Positions 52,001 through 61,739 of a stretch of 64,000 bases of DNA are shown one piece after another. Origin of the DNA: an uncultured Nitrospiraceae bacterium (lineage in GTDB: Bacteria; Nitrospirota; Nitrospiria; Nitrospirales; Nitrospiraceae); contig CAVPLT010000007.1 of assembly GCA_963706325.1 (NCBI GenBank), positions 224,001-288,000 on the forward strand, given 5' to 3'. Position 1 is the first letter of the stretch; each line of letters begins with the position of its first letter. A model generated the notes under the pieces. That model was not told the origin of the DNA. It saw nothing but the letters and a program-made list of their open reading frames with translations, and ran no database searches. A program made the translations under genes and the position numbers.

Positions 52001-54465
52001 GGCTCCTCCTTCCGTACACCGGTCTTGTCCGCCGGCAGCATGATCACACAGGTGGCGCCCTGTCCTTCCGGACTCTCAAGCCGAATCTCGCCGCCGAATT
52101 TCTTGATCAATCGTTGCGCCACCGTCAATCCGAGGCCGGATCCCTCGCCTTGCCCTTTGGTCGTAAAGAACGGGTCGAAGACTTTGCCCAAGTGTTGCTT
52201 GGGAATGCCCGGCCCATTGTCCCGGATTCTGATGGTGATCATCCCACCCTGCTCCTCCGTGCTCAGCCACAAATCGCCCCGCCCCCCCATGGCCTGAATG
52301 GCGTTGGTGAGAATGTTGATGAAGGCGAGACGGACCTGGTCGGGAAGGGCCGTCACAGGGGGAAGCGTCACATAGTGTTTCTGGACGTTCAGCCCCAGGC
52401 AATCGTGGGACGTCTGCACGAGGGCGAGCGCTTGCTCCAATTGAGCGGTGACATCTACCGGCATACGCTGGCTTTTGGATTCTCGAGCGGCGACTCCCGT
52501 GAAATCTCGAATAATGGCCGCCATTTTTCGTCCATGACCCACGATGTCCTGCGCATACCCCTTGGCCCGCGCTAAATCACCTTCTTCTTGAATGGCCTCC
52601 CCGAGACCGAGAATCCCGAACAGCGGATTGTTGAGTTCATGCCCGATCCCGGCGGTCAACACGTCGAGGCTGCCGGATTTCTCAGCTTGTATCAGCTGAT
52701 CTTGCAAGCGGTTCTCATCGGTCGTATCGCGCAGCACGAGCCCGAATCGCTTTCCCGCACCACTGCGAGTTTGCAGCAGAAACCACTCATAGTGGTACAG
52801 ATGAGAGTCGAGCGACAGCTCTTGCCGCCTCGAAGGTGAGGTTTGATTGAGCCTAGGGTTGAGCGGATCGCGGGCTTCTTTCAGTGAGTATTCTTGATCG
52901 GATGGAGGCGCCGTCGTTGGTGCGCCGCGCGCCACTGCGCGGAGGTTTTGTCGAAGGGCCTGGAGGTGCTCCTGATCGAGAGGCAGCAGATCGAAGAGCG
53001 AGCGTCCGGACCAGCCGTCCTCGCTTGTATTGAGGGCCTCCCGCGACGCCCGATTCATATATTGAATGTGGTCCTGTTGGTCGATCATGATGATCGGAGT
53101 CGGCACGGCGTCGAGGACCTGATCGGTCGATTTCTGCAGATACTGCACTTCCTGTGTTTTTTCTTCGACCTGCGTCGTGAGCCCGGCAAAGGCGGCTTCC
53201 AGTTGGGTGTGCATGCGGTTGAACTCCGCTGCGAGTTCCTCCAGTTCATCCCCGGTACGGATTTGGATCGGCTCGCGCAACTCTCCGCGTCCGATGAGTC
53301 GAGCGGCTTCCTGCAGGCGCCGGACCGGAGTGACGATGCGGCTGGCCGCGAAGTATCCCAAAGTGGCAAGCAGTCCGAGCGCAATAACGGCAAGAACGCC
53401 CATCCATAGCATGAGATGACGAATGGGGGCGAACAGCTCATCTGAGGATTGCCACACGAAAGTATGCCATGCACCGTTGTCCAGGGTGCCGTTCGTGGCG
53501 CGGCTGGTCTCCGGAAGCGGAGCGAATCCGATGATGGCGGTGCCCTGCCCTCCATGTCCGTCGCTGTCGGCCGTCACCCAGCCGGGCTGGCGGGTCGTGA
53601 CCTGCGGAATCAGCGCCGGATCTGATAGACGAACCCCGGTGGGGAGAATGGGACAACTGAGAACGATCCCACGGCTGTCGATCAGCATCACGTGGCCGGT
53701 TTTGCCGAATCGAATGGGATGGGTGGCGGGTGAGAAAAATTCTTTGGCGTCGATCACACGATGGAGCACGCCGACCACCTCATAACGCAGACTGTCCATG
53801 ATCGGAAGGGAGATGCTGACGACATAGGCATTAGCCTGATCATCGAAATGGAGGTCTTCAATGTAGATTTGACCCGCGCCTTTGTTGAAAGCGCCTTTCC
53901 ACCAGGGGCTGTCGGCATGGACAAAGCTGGGTGTTGTCGTCAAAGCGGCAAAGAGATGTCCTTCCACATCTGTCACGAACAGCTTCTTTGTGGCGGCGCG
54001 GACGACTTGGGGCAGGAGGAGGTCGGATTCGCTCTGTGAACCGACATAAAATCCCCGCAATAGGAGCGCGGTGGGACTCTCATTGATGGCTTTCATAACG
54101 GTAGGATCTCGCGCCTCCCATCGCGCCTGTTGCTGAGCGAGCGAGATACGCGCAGAGTTCTTGTCTGCCGCCTGCAGCGCATCGCGTCGCCGCTCCAATT
54201 CCCGGACAATGTCCGGATGGACGGCAATGCGGGAGGTTCTGGCAACCTCCTCCGCCACGAGCAAATCCAACTTTCTGGCGGCTTCCGTGGCCAATGCCTG
54301 GAAACTCTCGCCGCTCACAACCTGGATTTCCTTTGAGCCCTGCAGAAACGCCATGCCGAGGCCAAGGAGAAGGGGCACCACGCCGACCAGCAGCATGGAG
54401 ACGATGAGCTTACGTTTCAGTCCCCATCCGAGGGCCTTAGAGAGTGGGCGCGAGGTGGTCGTCAT
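51985..54465 (-). CDS. Sensor histidine kinase (Cache-HAMP-PAS-HisKA-HATPase)
   Basis: Two TM, HAMP (GDELEELAAEFN), PAS, HELNNP, GSGLGL; ATGA overlap with upstream kinase. Confidence 0.93.
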   Translation of the reverse strand: MTTTSRPLSKALGWGLKRKLIVSMLLVGVVPLLLGLGMAFLQGSKEIQVVSGESFQALATEAARKLDLLVAEEVARTSRIAVHPDIVRELERRRDALQAADKNSARISLAQQQARWEARDPTVMKAINESPTALLLRGFYVGSQSESDLLLPQVVRAATKKLFVTDVEGHLFAALTTTPSFVHADSPWWKGAFNKGAGQIYIEDLHFDDQANAYVVSISLPIMDSLRYEVVGVLHRVIDAKEFFSPATHPIRFGKTGHVMLIDSRGIVLSCPILPTGVRLSDPALIPQVTTRQPGWVTADSDGHGGQGTAIIGFAPLPETSRATNGTLDNGAWHTFVWQSSDELFAPIRHLMLWMGVLAVIALGLLATLGYFAASRIVTPVRRLQEAARLIGRGELREPIQIRTGDELEELAAEFNRMHTQLEAAFAGLTTQVEEKTQEVQYLQKSTDQVLDAVPTPIIMIDQQDHIQYMNRASREALNTSEDGWSGRSLFDLLPLDQEHLQALRQNLRAVARGAPTTAPPSDQEYSLKEARDPLNPRLNQTSPSRRQELSLDSHLYHYEWFLLQTRSGAGKRFGLVLRDTTDENRLQDQLIQAEKSGSLDVLTAGIGHELNNPLFGILGLGEAIQEEGDLARAKGYAQDIVGHGRKMAAIIRDFTGVAARESKSQRMPVDVTAQLEQALALVQTSHDCLGLNVQKHYVTLPPVTALPDQVRLAFINILTNAIQAMGGRGDLWLSTEEQGGMITIRIRDNGPGIPKQHLGKVFDPFFTTKGQGEGSGLGLTVAQRLIKKFGGEIRLESPEGQGATCVIMLPADKTGVRKEEPCVPS

Positions 54466-55511
54466 AGGGATGCGCCTGGCAGCGTCGGCTGACCCTGTGA
54501 AAATTCGATGCGGAAGGTCGTGCCGACGCCGACGTCGCTCTCGACGCAAATGTGACCTTCCATCTTCGAGATCACCGCCATCACATTGTACAATCCCAAC
54601 CCGGTGCCTTTCCCCGGGGGCTTGGTTGTGTAGAGCGGTTCAAAGATCTTGGAGAACGCCTCCTTGGGAATCCCGCATCCCGTATCGCTGACCGAGGCGG
54701 TGATTCCTCCGTCCGGCCCGACGGCGGTCTGGAGCGTTAAGGTGCCGCGCTTCGTGATGGCTTGAACGGCATTCGTAATCAAATTGACGAAGACGTGGAG
54801 CAGTTCATCCGGGTTACCGGTCACCATGGCGTCCTCAGCGTAGTGTTTGATGACCGTAACATCCTGGAGGGTGACGGCATAACGCGCAATTTTCAGCGCT
54901 TCATCCATTTTCAGGTTGAGGTTGACGGCAACGGCTTCTCCCTCACCGTTCCGCCTCGCATAGCTGGTCAGGTCACGGCAGATGGCACTGGTGCGTTTGA
55001 CGGCTTCCGTGATATCGCCGGCCTGCTCGTGGATGACCTCCAGGTCCTGTTCCTCCGTCAGGTTTTCCGCAAGCCCAAGGATCAGTTGTAGTGGATTATT
55101 GATGTCATGGGCGATGCCGGCGGCGAAGGAGCCCAGTCCCGCCATTTTGTCGGCTTGAAACAGTTCGGCTTCAAGTTTTGCCTGGTGTTGGACGAGGTTC
55201 CATAGCAATCGTGTGGTGGCTCCGCTGAGGACCTCGGAGCCTGGACGTTTCGTGGCATAAATGAGCGGTCCCATAATTGGATCGCCGGTCACGTCCATAA
55301 TCAGGTTAACGCCGTGATTTTGGATGAGATCCTGTATCCGTTCGGCGACCGGCACGTGTAGCTCCCGCGCGCGCTTAAGCCCAGGAGCGGTCGGATCTTT
55401 ATCTGCAATGCCCACGATTTCAATATCCGGGATTTGATGCAGCATCTCGAGGAGAGCAATACCGCCCTTCCCGGCGCCGACGATCGCGACTTTACTTGGA
55501 GCAGTGCTCAT
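54462..55511 (-). CDS. Cytoplasmic histidine kinase with N-terminal Rossmann-like domain
   Basis: VAIVGAGKGG...IVGIAD...DVTG then HDINNP, GTGLGL. Confidence 0.9.
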   Translation of the reverse strand: MSTAPSKVAIVGAGKGGIALLEMLHQIPDIEIVGIADKDPTAPGLKRARELHVPVAERIQDLIQNHGVNLIMDVTGDPIMGPLIYATKRPGSEVLSGATTRLLWNLVQHQAKLEAELFQADKMAGLGSFAAGIAHDINNPLQLILGLAENLTEEQDLEVIHEQAGDITEAVKRTSAICRDLTSYARRNGEGEAVAVNLNLKMDEALKIARYAVTLQDVTVIKHYAEDAMVTGNPDELLHVFVNLITNAVQAITKRGTLTLQTAVGPDGGITASVSDTGCGIPKEAFSKIFEPLYTTKPPGKGTGLGLYNVMAVISKMEGHICVESDVGVGTTFRIEFSQGQPTLPGASL

Positions 55512-55586
55512 TGTGCTGGTCCATGGGTGAGATGAAAGACCGGCTTCAATCTGGCGATGTGACTGCATCCACGCTCGCCCGCGCGT

Positions 55587-55614
55587 TCCGGGGAGGTTTT
55601 TTGACCTCCCCGGA
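55587..55614. terminator. Intra-operon hairpin
   Basis: TCCGGGGAGGT-TTTTTG-ACCTCCCCGGA perfect 11-bp stem between response regulator and kinase. Confidence 0.55.
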
Positions 55615-55647
55615 CTCATGGTGGAACAGCGCCGACATCAGCCGCGG

Positions 55648-56082
55648 CTACAGGCGAGCCAGTTCGCGTTGTTCCATGGCCCTCGCCACGGCCGTGCGTA
55701 ATTTCTCGCCTTCTACCGGTTTCACCAAGTAATCGACGACACCACTGCGCAAGAATGAGGTCGCCATGTCGGTGTCGGGGAAACCCGTCAATACAATGAT
55801 CGGCACACGCGGCCATTCCTGTTGGAAATAGGCAATGGCTTCGACCCCATTAATCTTAGGCATGCGGATGTCGCATATGAGCACGTCCAGCAATAGCCGG
55901 TTTTCCCCCGTATTAATGGCCTCAATTGCCTTCTCACCATTCTCCGCTTCAATAACTTCGTAGCCGGCTTTCTGCAAGGTCATGCGGACGACTTTGCGGA
56001 TGTCTGGTTCGTCATCGACGACGAGCACGCGGCCGTTGCAGGCAGACTCGCTCATGAAGAAACCAGATTTAAACTCTCCCAT
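55648..56082 (-). CDS. Single-domain response regulator
   Basis: VLVVDDE, CDIRMP, LTG, KP; AAGGAGG RBS. Confidence 0.93.
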   Translation of the reverse strand: MGEFKSGFFMSESACNGRVLVVDDEPDIRKVVRMTLQKAGYEVIEAENGEKAIEAINTGENRLLLDVLICDIRMPKINGVEAIAYFQQEWPRVPIIVLTGFPDTDMATSFLRSGVVDYLVKPVEGEKLRTAVARAMEQRELARL

Positions 56083-56143
56083 GATGCCCTCCTTGATGGT
56101 TATCTGGACGTTGGTTACATATCCACGCTTGTTCCCAGGTAAC

Positions 56144-56159
56144 AGCAACAGATATGCCA
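56144..56159 (-). promoter_or_regulatory. Putative sigma-54 promoter
   Basis: Minus strand TGGCATATCTGTTGCT = GG-N10-GC, ~60 nt upstream of the response regulator. Confidence 0.7.
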
Positions 56160-56656
56160 CCAAGAAGCCGCCTTAAAGCATAGTGATTTCATGGCATTGT
56201 GATTAACGCGCGTATGGGATACGGCGTATGGTGGCTGGTAACCACCAAGCCTGGTGAAATACACCACCGCGCAGTTCTCAAAGTGGGGCGGTGGAGAGGA
56301 GCGCGCGGCACGTTGGGAACAGGGAGAATCACTTGGTCCCTGCCAAACGATGAATCAATTGGCGCGCCTCCGCCTCAAGCATAACGCAGAAGAAGGTTGC
56401 ATCGACGTACGTTGCTGACTCTCGAGGACGACCACAAGTCCGAGTAGGCGTGATGCGTATGATGGAATGAACGAAAAATACAGATAAACCGTAACAAGTA
56501 TGTTGTCAGTCTATGAGCGGTGACGAAGACACCGGTTGAAGCATCGAACGGCCTGTGCAGTTGCCAGCCATTTTCCATCGCTGTGGGGTCGGCCATCACC
56601 ACTTTGAGGGGATCAGAATTGCCTTCGGCTCCGCAAATGCGTTATGCTCCATCACG

Positions 56657-56902
56657 ATGATTAGCGCTGAATCTGTGACTACATTCATTCGCCAGATGTT
56701 TCCTGACGCCGCAGTGACGGTCATCGACAAGACCGGCACACAGGACCATTTGATCGTAAGGGTGACCTCAGACGGGTTTCTTGATAAAAATCTGCTGGAC
56801 CGACATCGAATGGTGTACCAGGCACTGGCAATTCCAATGAAAGACGGACGGATTCACGCCTTGGAGATTTCTGCCAAAACCAAGACTGAAGCACGGCAAT
56901 AG
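56657..56902 (+). CDS. bolA: BolA family protein
   Basis: DH, RHRMVY, IHAL. Confidence 0.9.
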   Translation: MISAESVTTFIRQMFPDAAVTVIDKTGTQDHLIVRVTSDGFLDKNLLDRHRMVYQALAIPMKDGRIHALEISAKTKTEARQ

Positions 56903-56912
56903 GGAGAGATAT

Positions 56913-57239
56913 ATGGCTGATCAGATCGATGAAGAAATTCAGAAAGAAATCAAAGCGAATAAGATTTTGATCTATGGCAAAGGCACGAAGACGATGCCGA
57001 TGTGTGGCTTCACCAGGGAAACCATGCAATTTTTCGATAAATACGGCTATCCGTATGAACTCGTCGACGTGTTGTCCCAGCCGGCCAAACGCGACGCGTT
57101 GACCAAATTGACGAACTGGCCCACTCTACCGAAGGTATTCATCGACGGACAGTTTTTTGGCGATACGGACATCCTGGATCCGATGGAAGCCAAAGGCGAA
57201 GTCGTACCTCTGCTGAAGAAAGCCTTCGGCGCCGAGTAG
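56913..57239 (+). CDS. grxD: Monothiol glutaredoxin (Grx4-like, CGFT)
   Basis: KG...PMCGFT, WPT; adjacent to bolA. Confidence 0.85.
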   Translation: MADQIDEEIQKEIKANKILIYGKGTKTMPMCGFTRETMQFFDKYGYPYELVDVLSQPAKRDALTKLTNWPTLPKVFIDGQFFGDTDILDPMEAKGEVVPLLKKAFGAE

Positions 57240-57329
57240 GACACGTCTACTCGCTGCGTTACTGCCATGACGTTCTGAGTAAGTTCTTGCGCGAGTTCCC
57301 CCTTGCCGATAGAATCTCCCATACTACGT

Positions 57330-58766
57330 ATGGGAGAGGATACTCACGGGAAGATTCCGCTTTGTGTGGATCTTGATGGCACGCTCATCAAGACCGATCT
57401 TTTATGGGAATCCCTGTTGGCGCTTCTCAAGCAGCGCCCACTCTCTATCTTGCTGCTTCCATTCTGGTTGCTCAAAGGACGAGCCTATTTCAAGCACGAG
57501 ATTGCACGCCGAGTGACCCTGGACGTCACGACACTTCCTTACCAACAAGATCTGTTAGCCTTTCTATTCAGTGAACGCGAGTCTGGGCGAGAATTGGCGC
57601 TCGCCACTGCCAGTCATGTGACCTTCGCGCAGGCGGTGGCGGCTCATCTCGGCTTGTTTGACGGACGTGTCTATGGCAGCGATGCCAGGGTCAATCTCAA
57701 GGGTGCGCGAAAGGTGTCCCTGTTGGTCGAACGGTACGGGGCCCGCCGATTTGCCTATGCGGGAAACTCGACGGCTGACTTGCCGGTGTGGGCTGAAGCA
57801 CACGAAGCCATCGTTGTGAATGCGTCCTCCGGATTGGTGCGCCGCGCGCAAGCGCTGGCTCCAGTCAGTCGAGTTTTCAGTGCGCCGGTGAGTTGGCTGA
57901 GATTGCTGGCGAAGGCCTTGCGCGTGCATCAATGGGCCAAGAATGTGCTGGTATTCATTCCAGTCGTCGCCTCACATCAAATCGCCGACAAGACGCTTTT
58001 GATTCAGGCAGGGTTGGCCTTCTTGTCCTTCAGTTTTTCGGCTTCTTCCGTTTACATCCTGAATGATTGTCTTGACCTGGCTTCGGATCGCCGGCATCCG
58101 CGTAAAAAGAATCGTCCCTTTGCGTCCGGCGGCCTTTCGATTCCGTTCGGACTGCTGCTAGCTCTCAGTTGTTTGCTCGTCGGCGTTCTCCTGGCCGTCA
58201 TGCTTCCACCGTTGTATCTGCTCGTGTTGGCCGGCTATCTGGTCCTGACGACCGGTTACTCGTTTTACTTGAAGCAGTTTGTCCTGGTGGATGTCATTGT
58301 ATTGGCCCAGCTCTACACCGTGAGAATCTATGGTGGGGGCGCTGCCACAGGGGTGGTCCCATCCCATTGGCTGCTGACTTTTTCGTTGTTTTTGTTCCTC
58401 AGTCTCGCGCTCGTCAAGCGGTTCACCGAGCTCCGGCTCATGAGCCAAGCCGAAGGTACGGCTTGGCACGGACGAGGTTATTGGGTGTCCGATCTGGAGC
58501 ATATCTCCAATATCGGTTCGGCGAGCGGTCTGCTGGCAGTGTTGGTGCTGGCGCTCTACATCAGCAGTAAGGAGGTGCTCCTGCTATATTCCCATTCAGA
58601 GGTGCTGTGGCTGGTCTGCCCTGTGATGTTGTATTGGATCACCCGAGTGTGGATGTTGGCGTATCGAAACCGGATGGATGACGATCCGGTCGTCTTCGCC
58701 GTTCGGGACCCCAAGAGTTATGTGATGGCAGCGATGATCGGCGCTATTCTGTTCCTCGCGAAATAA
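57330..58766 (+). CDS. HAD-UbiA fusion prenyltransferase (decaprenyl-phosphate phosphoribosyltransferase-like)
   Basis: VDLDGTL; RVHQWAKN; NDCLDLASDRRHPRKKNRP; DDPV. Confidence 0.9.
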   Translation: MGEDTHGKIPLCVDLDGTLIKTDLLWESLLALLKQRPLSILLLPFWLLKGRAYFKHEIARRVTLDVTTLPYQQDLLAFLFSERESGRELALATASHVTFAQAVAAHLGLFDGRVYGSDARVNLKGARKVSLLVERYGARRFAYAGNSTADLPVWAEAHEAIVVNASSGLVRRAQALAPVSRVFSAPVSWLRLLAKALRVHQWAKNVLVFIPVVASHQIADKTLLIQAGLAFLSFSFSASSVYILNDCLDLASDRRHPRKKNRPFASGGLSIPFGLLLALSCLLVGVLLAVMLPPLYLLVLAGYLVLTTGYSFYLKQFVLVDVIVLAQLYTVRIYGGGAATGVVPSHWLLTFSLFLFLSLALVKRFTELRLMSQAEGTAWHGRGYWVSDLEHISNIGSASGLLAVLVLALYISSKEVLLLYSHSEVLWLVCPVMLYWITRVWMLAYRNRMDDDPVVFAVRDPKSYVMAAMIGAILFLAK

Positions 58767-58776
58767 GGGAGCCTGG

Positions 58777-59511
58777 TTAGATTCCCCACCCGCCGCTGAG
58801 ATGCAGGTTCGCGCCGTTGACGTAACGCGCATCATCGCTCAGCAAGAATCGCACGGCGGCCACGGTGTCCGCCACACTTCCGATATATCCCGCTGGAATT
58901 CGTTTGACCACTCCAGCCAGTTCCTCGGGTGGTGCGCTGCCAGAATCGATAAAGCCGGGGGAGATGGCATTGACCGTGATGCCATAAGGAGCCAGCAGTT
59001 TCGCCAGCGTGCGTGTCAGGATCAGCACCCCGGCCTTGGCGATGTAGTGGCCTGTCACATCCGGCTGGGCCACCATCTGGTCCGCATTGGCCATACCGAA
59101 GTTGATGATCCGTCCCTGCTTCCTCGCCTTCATCCCCGGCGCCACCGCTTGTCCCAGGTAAAAGATAGGATGCAGGTTTCCGTCGAACATCTCACGCCAG
59201 CCCGCCGTTGTTTCGTCGAATAGGTTCACGCGATGGTAGGGGCCTGCGCCATTGATCAGCGCATCGATGGCGCCCCATTCCCGCTCGACCTGCGCGGCCA
59301 ATTGTGTGGCGGATTCGGGGTCAGACACGTCGCATTTTACGGCTAGAACCTGACCCCCGCGCGCGACAATCTCCTTGCTGGTCTCCTGAGCCGCTTCCGC
59401 GCTCGTGCGATAACAAATGGCGATCGACCACTGTTGTGAGGCCAGATCCAGCGCAATCGCGCGCCCGATCCCTTTTGCGCCACCAGTTATAAGGGCGACT
59501 TTGTTTGCCAT
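58777..59511 (-). CDS. SDR family oxidoreductase
   Basis: ITGGAKGIG, YIAK, VNAISPG. Confidence 0.9.
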   Translation of the reverse strand: MANKVALITGGAKGIGRAIALDLASQQWSIAICYRTSAEAAQETSKEIVARGGQVLAVKCDVSDPESATQLAAQVEREWGAIDALINGAGPYHRVNLFDETTAGWREMFDGNLHPIFYLGQAVAPGMKARKQGRIINFGMANADQMVAQPDVTGHYIAKAGVLILTRTLAKLLAPYGITVNAISPGFIDSGSAPPEELAGVVKRIPAGYIGSVADTVAAVRFLLSDDARYVNGANLHLSGGWGI

Positions 59512-59527
59512 ATATTCCTCGCTGTTT

Positions 59528-59709
59528 GGATGCCTGAAAAGTCCGCCGGAATCTTCCTTCGTCATTGAGGCTTGAGCGCATCGGCACAGAGTCATTCAGG
59601 CCGACAGCGCTGGATCACCGCTCGCCGTCGTCCACAAACCCTGCATCCATCAGTCTGCCTGTCGTCGACTTGCTGGGACCGTACCGGACAGCTTTTTAGA
59701 AGAATCCGC
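59528..59709. repeat. Degenerate copy of the MITE-like element
   Basis: GGATGCCTGAAAAGTCCGCCGG ... GACTTGCTGG...GACAGCTTTTTAGAAGAATCCGC resemble the ends of the 40489/43523 copies. Confidence 0.35.
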
Positions 59710-59783
59710 AGACGCGCGCGAATTTATCGGTCACGCATGATAGTCGGCTGTTGAGGCCGTTAGGATGACTGCTCAGCGGCCGC

Positions 59784-60536
59784 TTAGATTTGGCGTGTTC
59801 GAAGGCGTTTCGCGAGCAATTCCAACGTGCCTGCCGTTCGCATTGAGAATACCCGTTCTTGCTTAGGCCGTGTTTTGTCCGCGGCGCTCTCGTCGATCAA
59901 CGCCTCAAGGTTATCGATGGTGTCCACATCGCTCCAGGGCAGGAGGAGGGAGATCGTTAATCCTGCCGCAATGGCCTTTTGCTGCGTGAGGGCCATGACG
60001 CCATCTGTGGACCAGGGAATGTTTATGAACAGGTCGTGATGTGGACGGGTCAGCCCTATGAGATAGTACCCGCCGTCGATGGCTGGACCAATCACTACAT
60101 CGTGATGAATGAGCGACTCCATGGCATCGCGATAGTGTGTGAGCGGCAGCGATGGCACATCGGTGCCCACGAGGCAGATCCGCTTGTAGCCCTGACGAAA
60201 AAGGTGATCGAACGCGTGATGCATCCGTATTCCGAGATCGTCGCCCTGCTGGTCGAGAAGCGTGACACCGTGGCGGGCTTCCATGATGCGAAAAAAGACA
60301 TGGCTGCTTGATGGGGCGCAGGCGAGAAATCGATCAACTGGAAGTTTGAACTTGCCGACGGCGGCCTTGGTGCGCTCGAGTGTATCGAGTACGAAGCTGC
60401 CGTGGAGAGTCGCCGCCTCGTCTTCGGTCAGGGCGGGCGTCAGCCGTGACTTCACCTGCCCCGGGATCGGGGCCTTGGCGAAAATCACCAAGGCTGCAGG
60501 CATCTTTCCCTGTCGTTCGGGCGTCTTACTAGTCAT
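59784..60536 (-). CDS. TIGR04282/DUF2064 family transferase
   Basis: IFAKAPIPGQVKSRL, QQGDDLG, GTDVP, GPAIDGGYYLIG, DVD. Confidence 0.9.
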   Translation of the reverse strand: MTSKTPERQGKMPAALVIFAKAPIPGQVKSRLTPALTEDEAATLHGSFVLDTLERTKAAVGKFKLPVDRFLACAPSSSHVFFRIMEARHGVTLLDQQGDDLGIRMHHAFDHLFRQGYKRICLVGTDVPSLPLTHYRDAMESLIHHDVVIGPAIDGGYYLIGLTRPHHDLFINIPWSTDGVMALTQQKAIAAGLTISLLLPWSDVDTIDNLEALIDESAADKTRPKQERVFSMRTAGTLELLAKRLRTRQI

Positions 60537-60540
60537 TCAT

Positions 60541-61269
60541 TCATCTCGCGGTGCGGTAAAACCGTTGCAATCGATGCGGACTCACCCCGATCCAGTACAG
60601 GAAGCGCAGGGTCCACATCAAGACAATTGTGCGGATTGGGCCGTTGTGTTCCCAGCGACGGAAGGCAGTGACGACGCATGTGGTGAGTGGAATAAGGTGT
60701 CCGGCTCGTTTGAGGCGCCGCGTGAAATCGATATCTTCCATGAGCGGAATATCCGCGAATCCGCCGAGACGCTCAAAGACCTCCCGGCGGACGAAGAGGG
60801 CCTGGTCGCCGGTGGCAATGCCGCTCCATTTGGATCGTAGGTTCATCATGCGCGCGACAAGTCGAGCCATTGCTCGGTCAGAATCGAAGCGAACGTTGAA
60901 CCGCCCACCGACGGCAGTATCGTCCCGCAGTGCTTGGGAAATGGCCAGTGTGGCATCGACTGGGAGCAGGGTGTCGGCATGCAGGAACAGCAGCACATCT
61001 CCGCGGCAGCCATTGGCGCCGGCATTGAGCTGGCGGGCACGGCCTGGTGTCGACGACAACAGGCGAATGGAGTCGGGTGCGGAGGCATGGCCGACAGAGG
61101 GGACAGGGCGCGATTGCGTCGCGAATGATTCTACAAGAGCGCGGGTGGCATCGGAACTGCCGCCGTCCACGACGATGACATCGTCGAATCCGAGCGCGAC
61201 AGTGTGGGAAAGAGTACGGCCGATAAGGAGCGCTTCATTCAAGACCGGGAGGATGACCGTGATAGTCAT
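60541..61269 (-). CDS. TIGR04283 family GT2 glycosyltransferase
   Basis: PVLNE, VDGGS, GRARQLNAGA, FLHADT, GDQALF, PLMED. Confidence 0.9.
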   Translation of the reverse strand: MTITVILPVLNEALLIGRTLSHTVALGFDDVIVVDGGSSDATRALVESFATQSRPVPSVGHASAPDSIRLLSSTPGRARQLNAGANGCRGDVLLFLHADTLLPVDATLAISQALRDDTAVGGRFNVRFDSDRAMARLVARMMNLRSKWSGIATGDQALFVRREVFERLGGFADIPLMEDIDFTRRLKRAGHLIPLTTCVVTAFRRWEHNGPIRTIVLMWTLRFLYWIGVSPHRLQRFYRTAR

Positions 61270-61335
61270 CGGCGGAGAAAGGCGACCGGCTTGTTCAGCG
61301 TCGCGCGCTCAGAGCATGGCACGATGCACCGTATG

Positions 61336-61737
61336 TCAAACCGTTCTTTTGGGTTCGCGAAACATGAAATACATGACCACGAAGATGGTAGACCAGAAGA
61401 CCACCTGCTTGTGCCAGAACAGCACCTCGCCATAATGGAAAAATGCCAAGCTGATCAGGACGGAACCGGCCATCAAGGAATAGCGGACGGTCGGATTCTC
61501 AACGACCGCGTTAGCCCAGACGGCGATGCCGCTAAAGTAGATCAACAGCGGGACGACGTTGATTTCGAACCCGCCGCTGATCGAAAGAAACACATCGAGG
61601 AATCCGATGAACATCAGGGCCGTGCCGATCATCATCCCAATGACATGGGCCTGGCGGTCGGCGTTGCTCTCATCGTCAGGGCGGTGTGCAGTTGTGAGCC
61701 GACGAGTCGAAGGTTCCGGGAGGTCGCTGGGTGCCAT
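61336..61737 (-). CDS. Hypothetical membrane protein (4 TM)
   Basis: Four hydrophobic segments; 2 nt downstream of the dcd stop. Confidence 0.75.
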   Translation of the reverse strand: MAPSDLPEPSTRRLTTAHRPDDESNADRQAHVIGMMIGTALMFIGFLDVFLSISGGFEINVVPLLIYFSGIAVWANAVVENPTVRYSLMAGSVLISLAFFHYGEVLFWHKQVVFWSTIFVVMYFMFREPKRTV

Positions 61738-61739
61738 AA

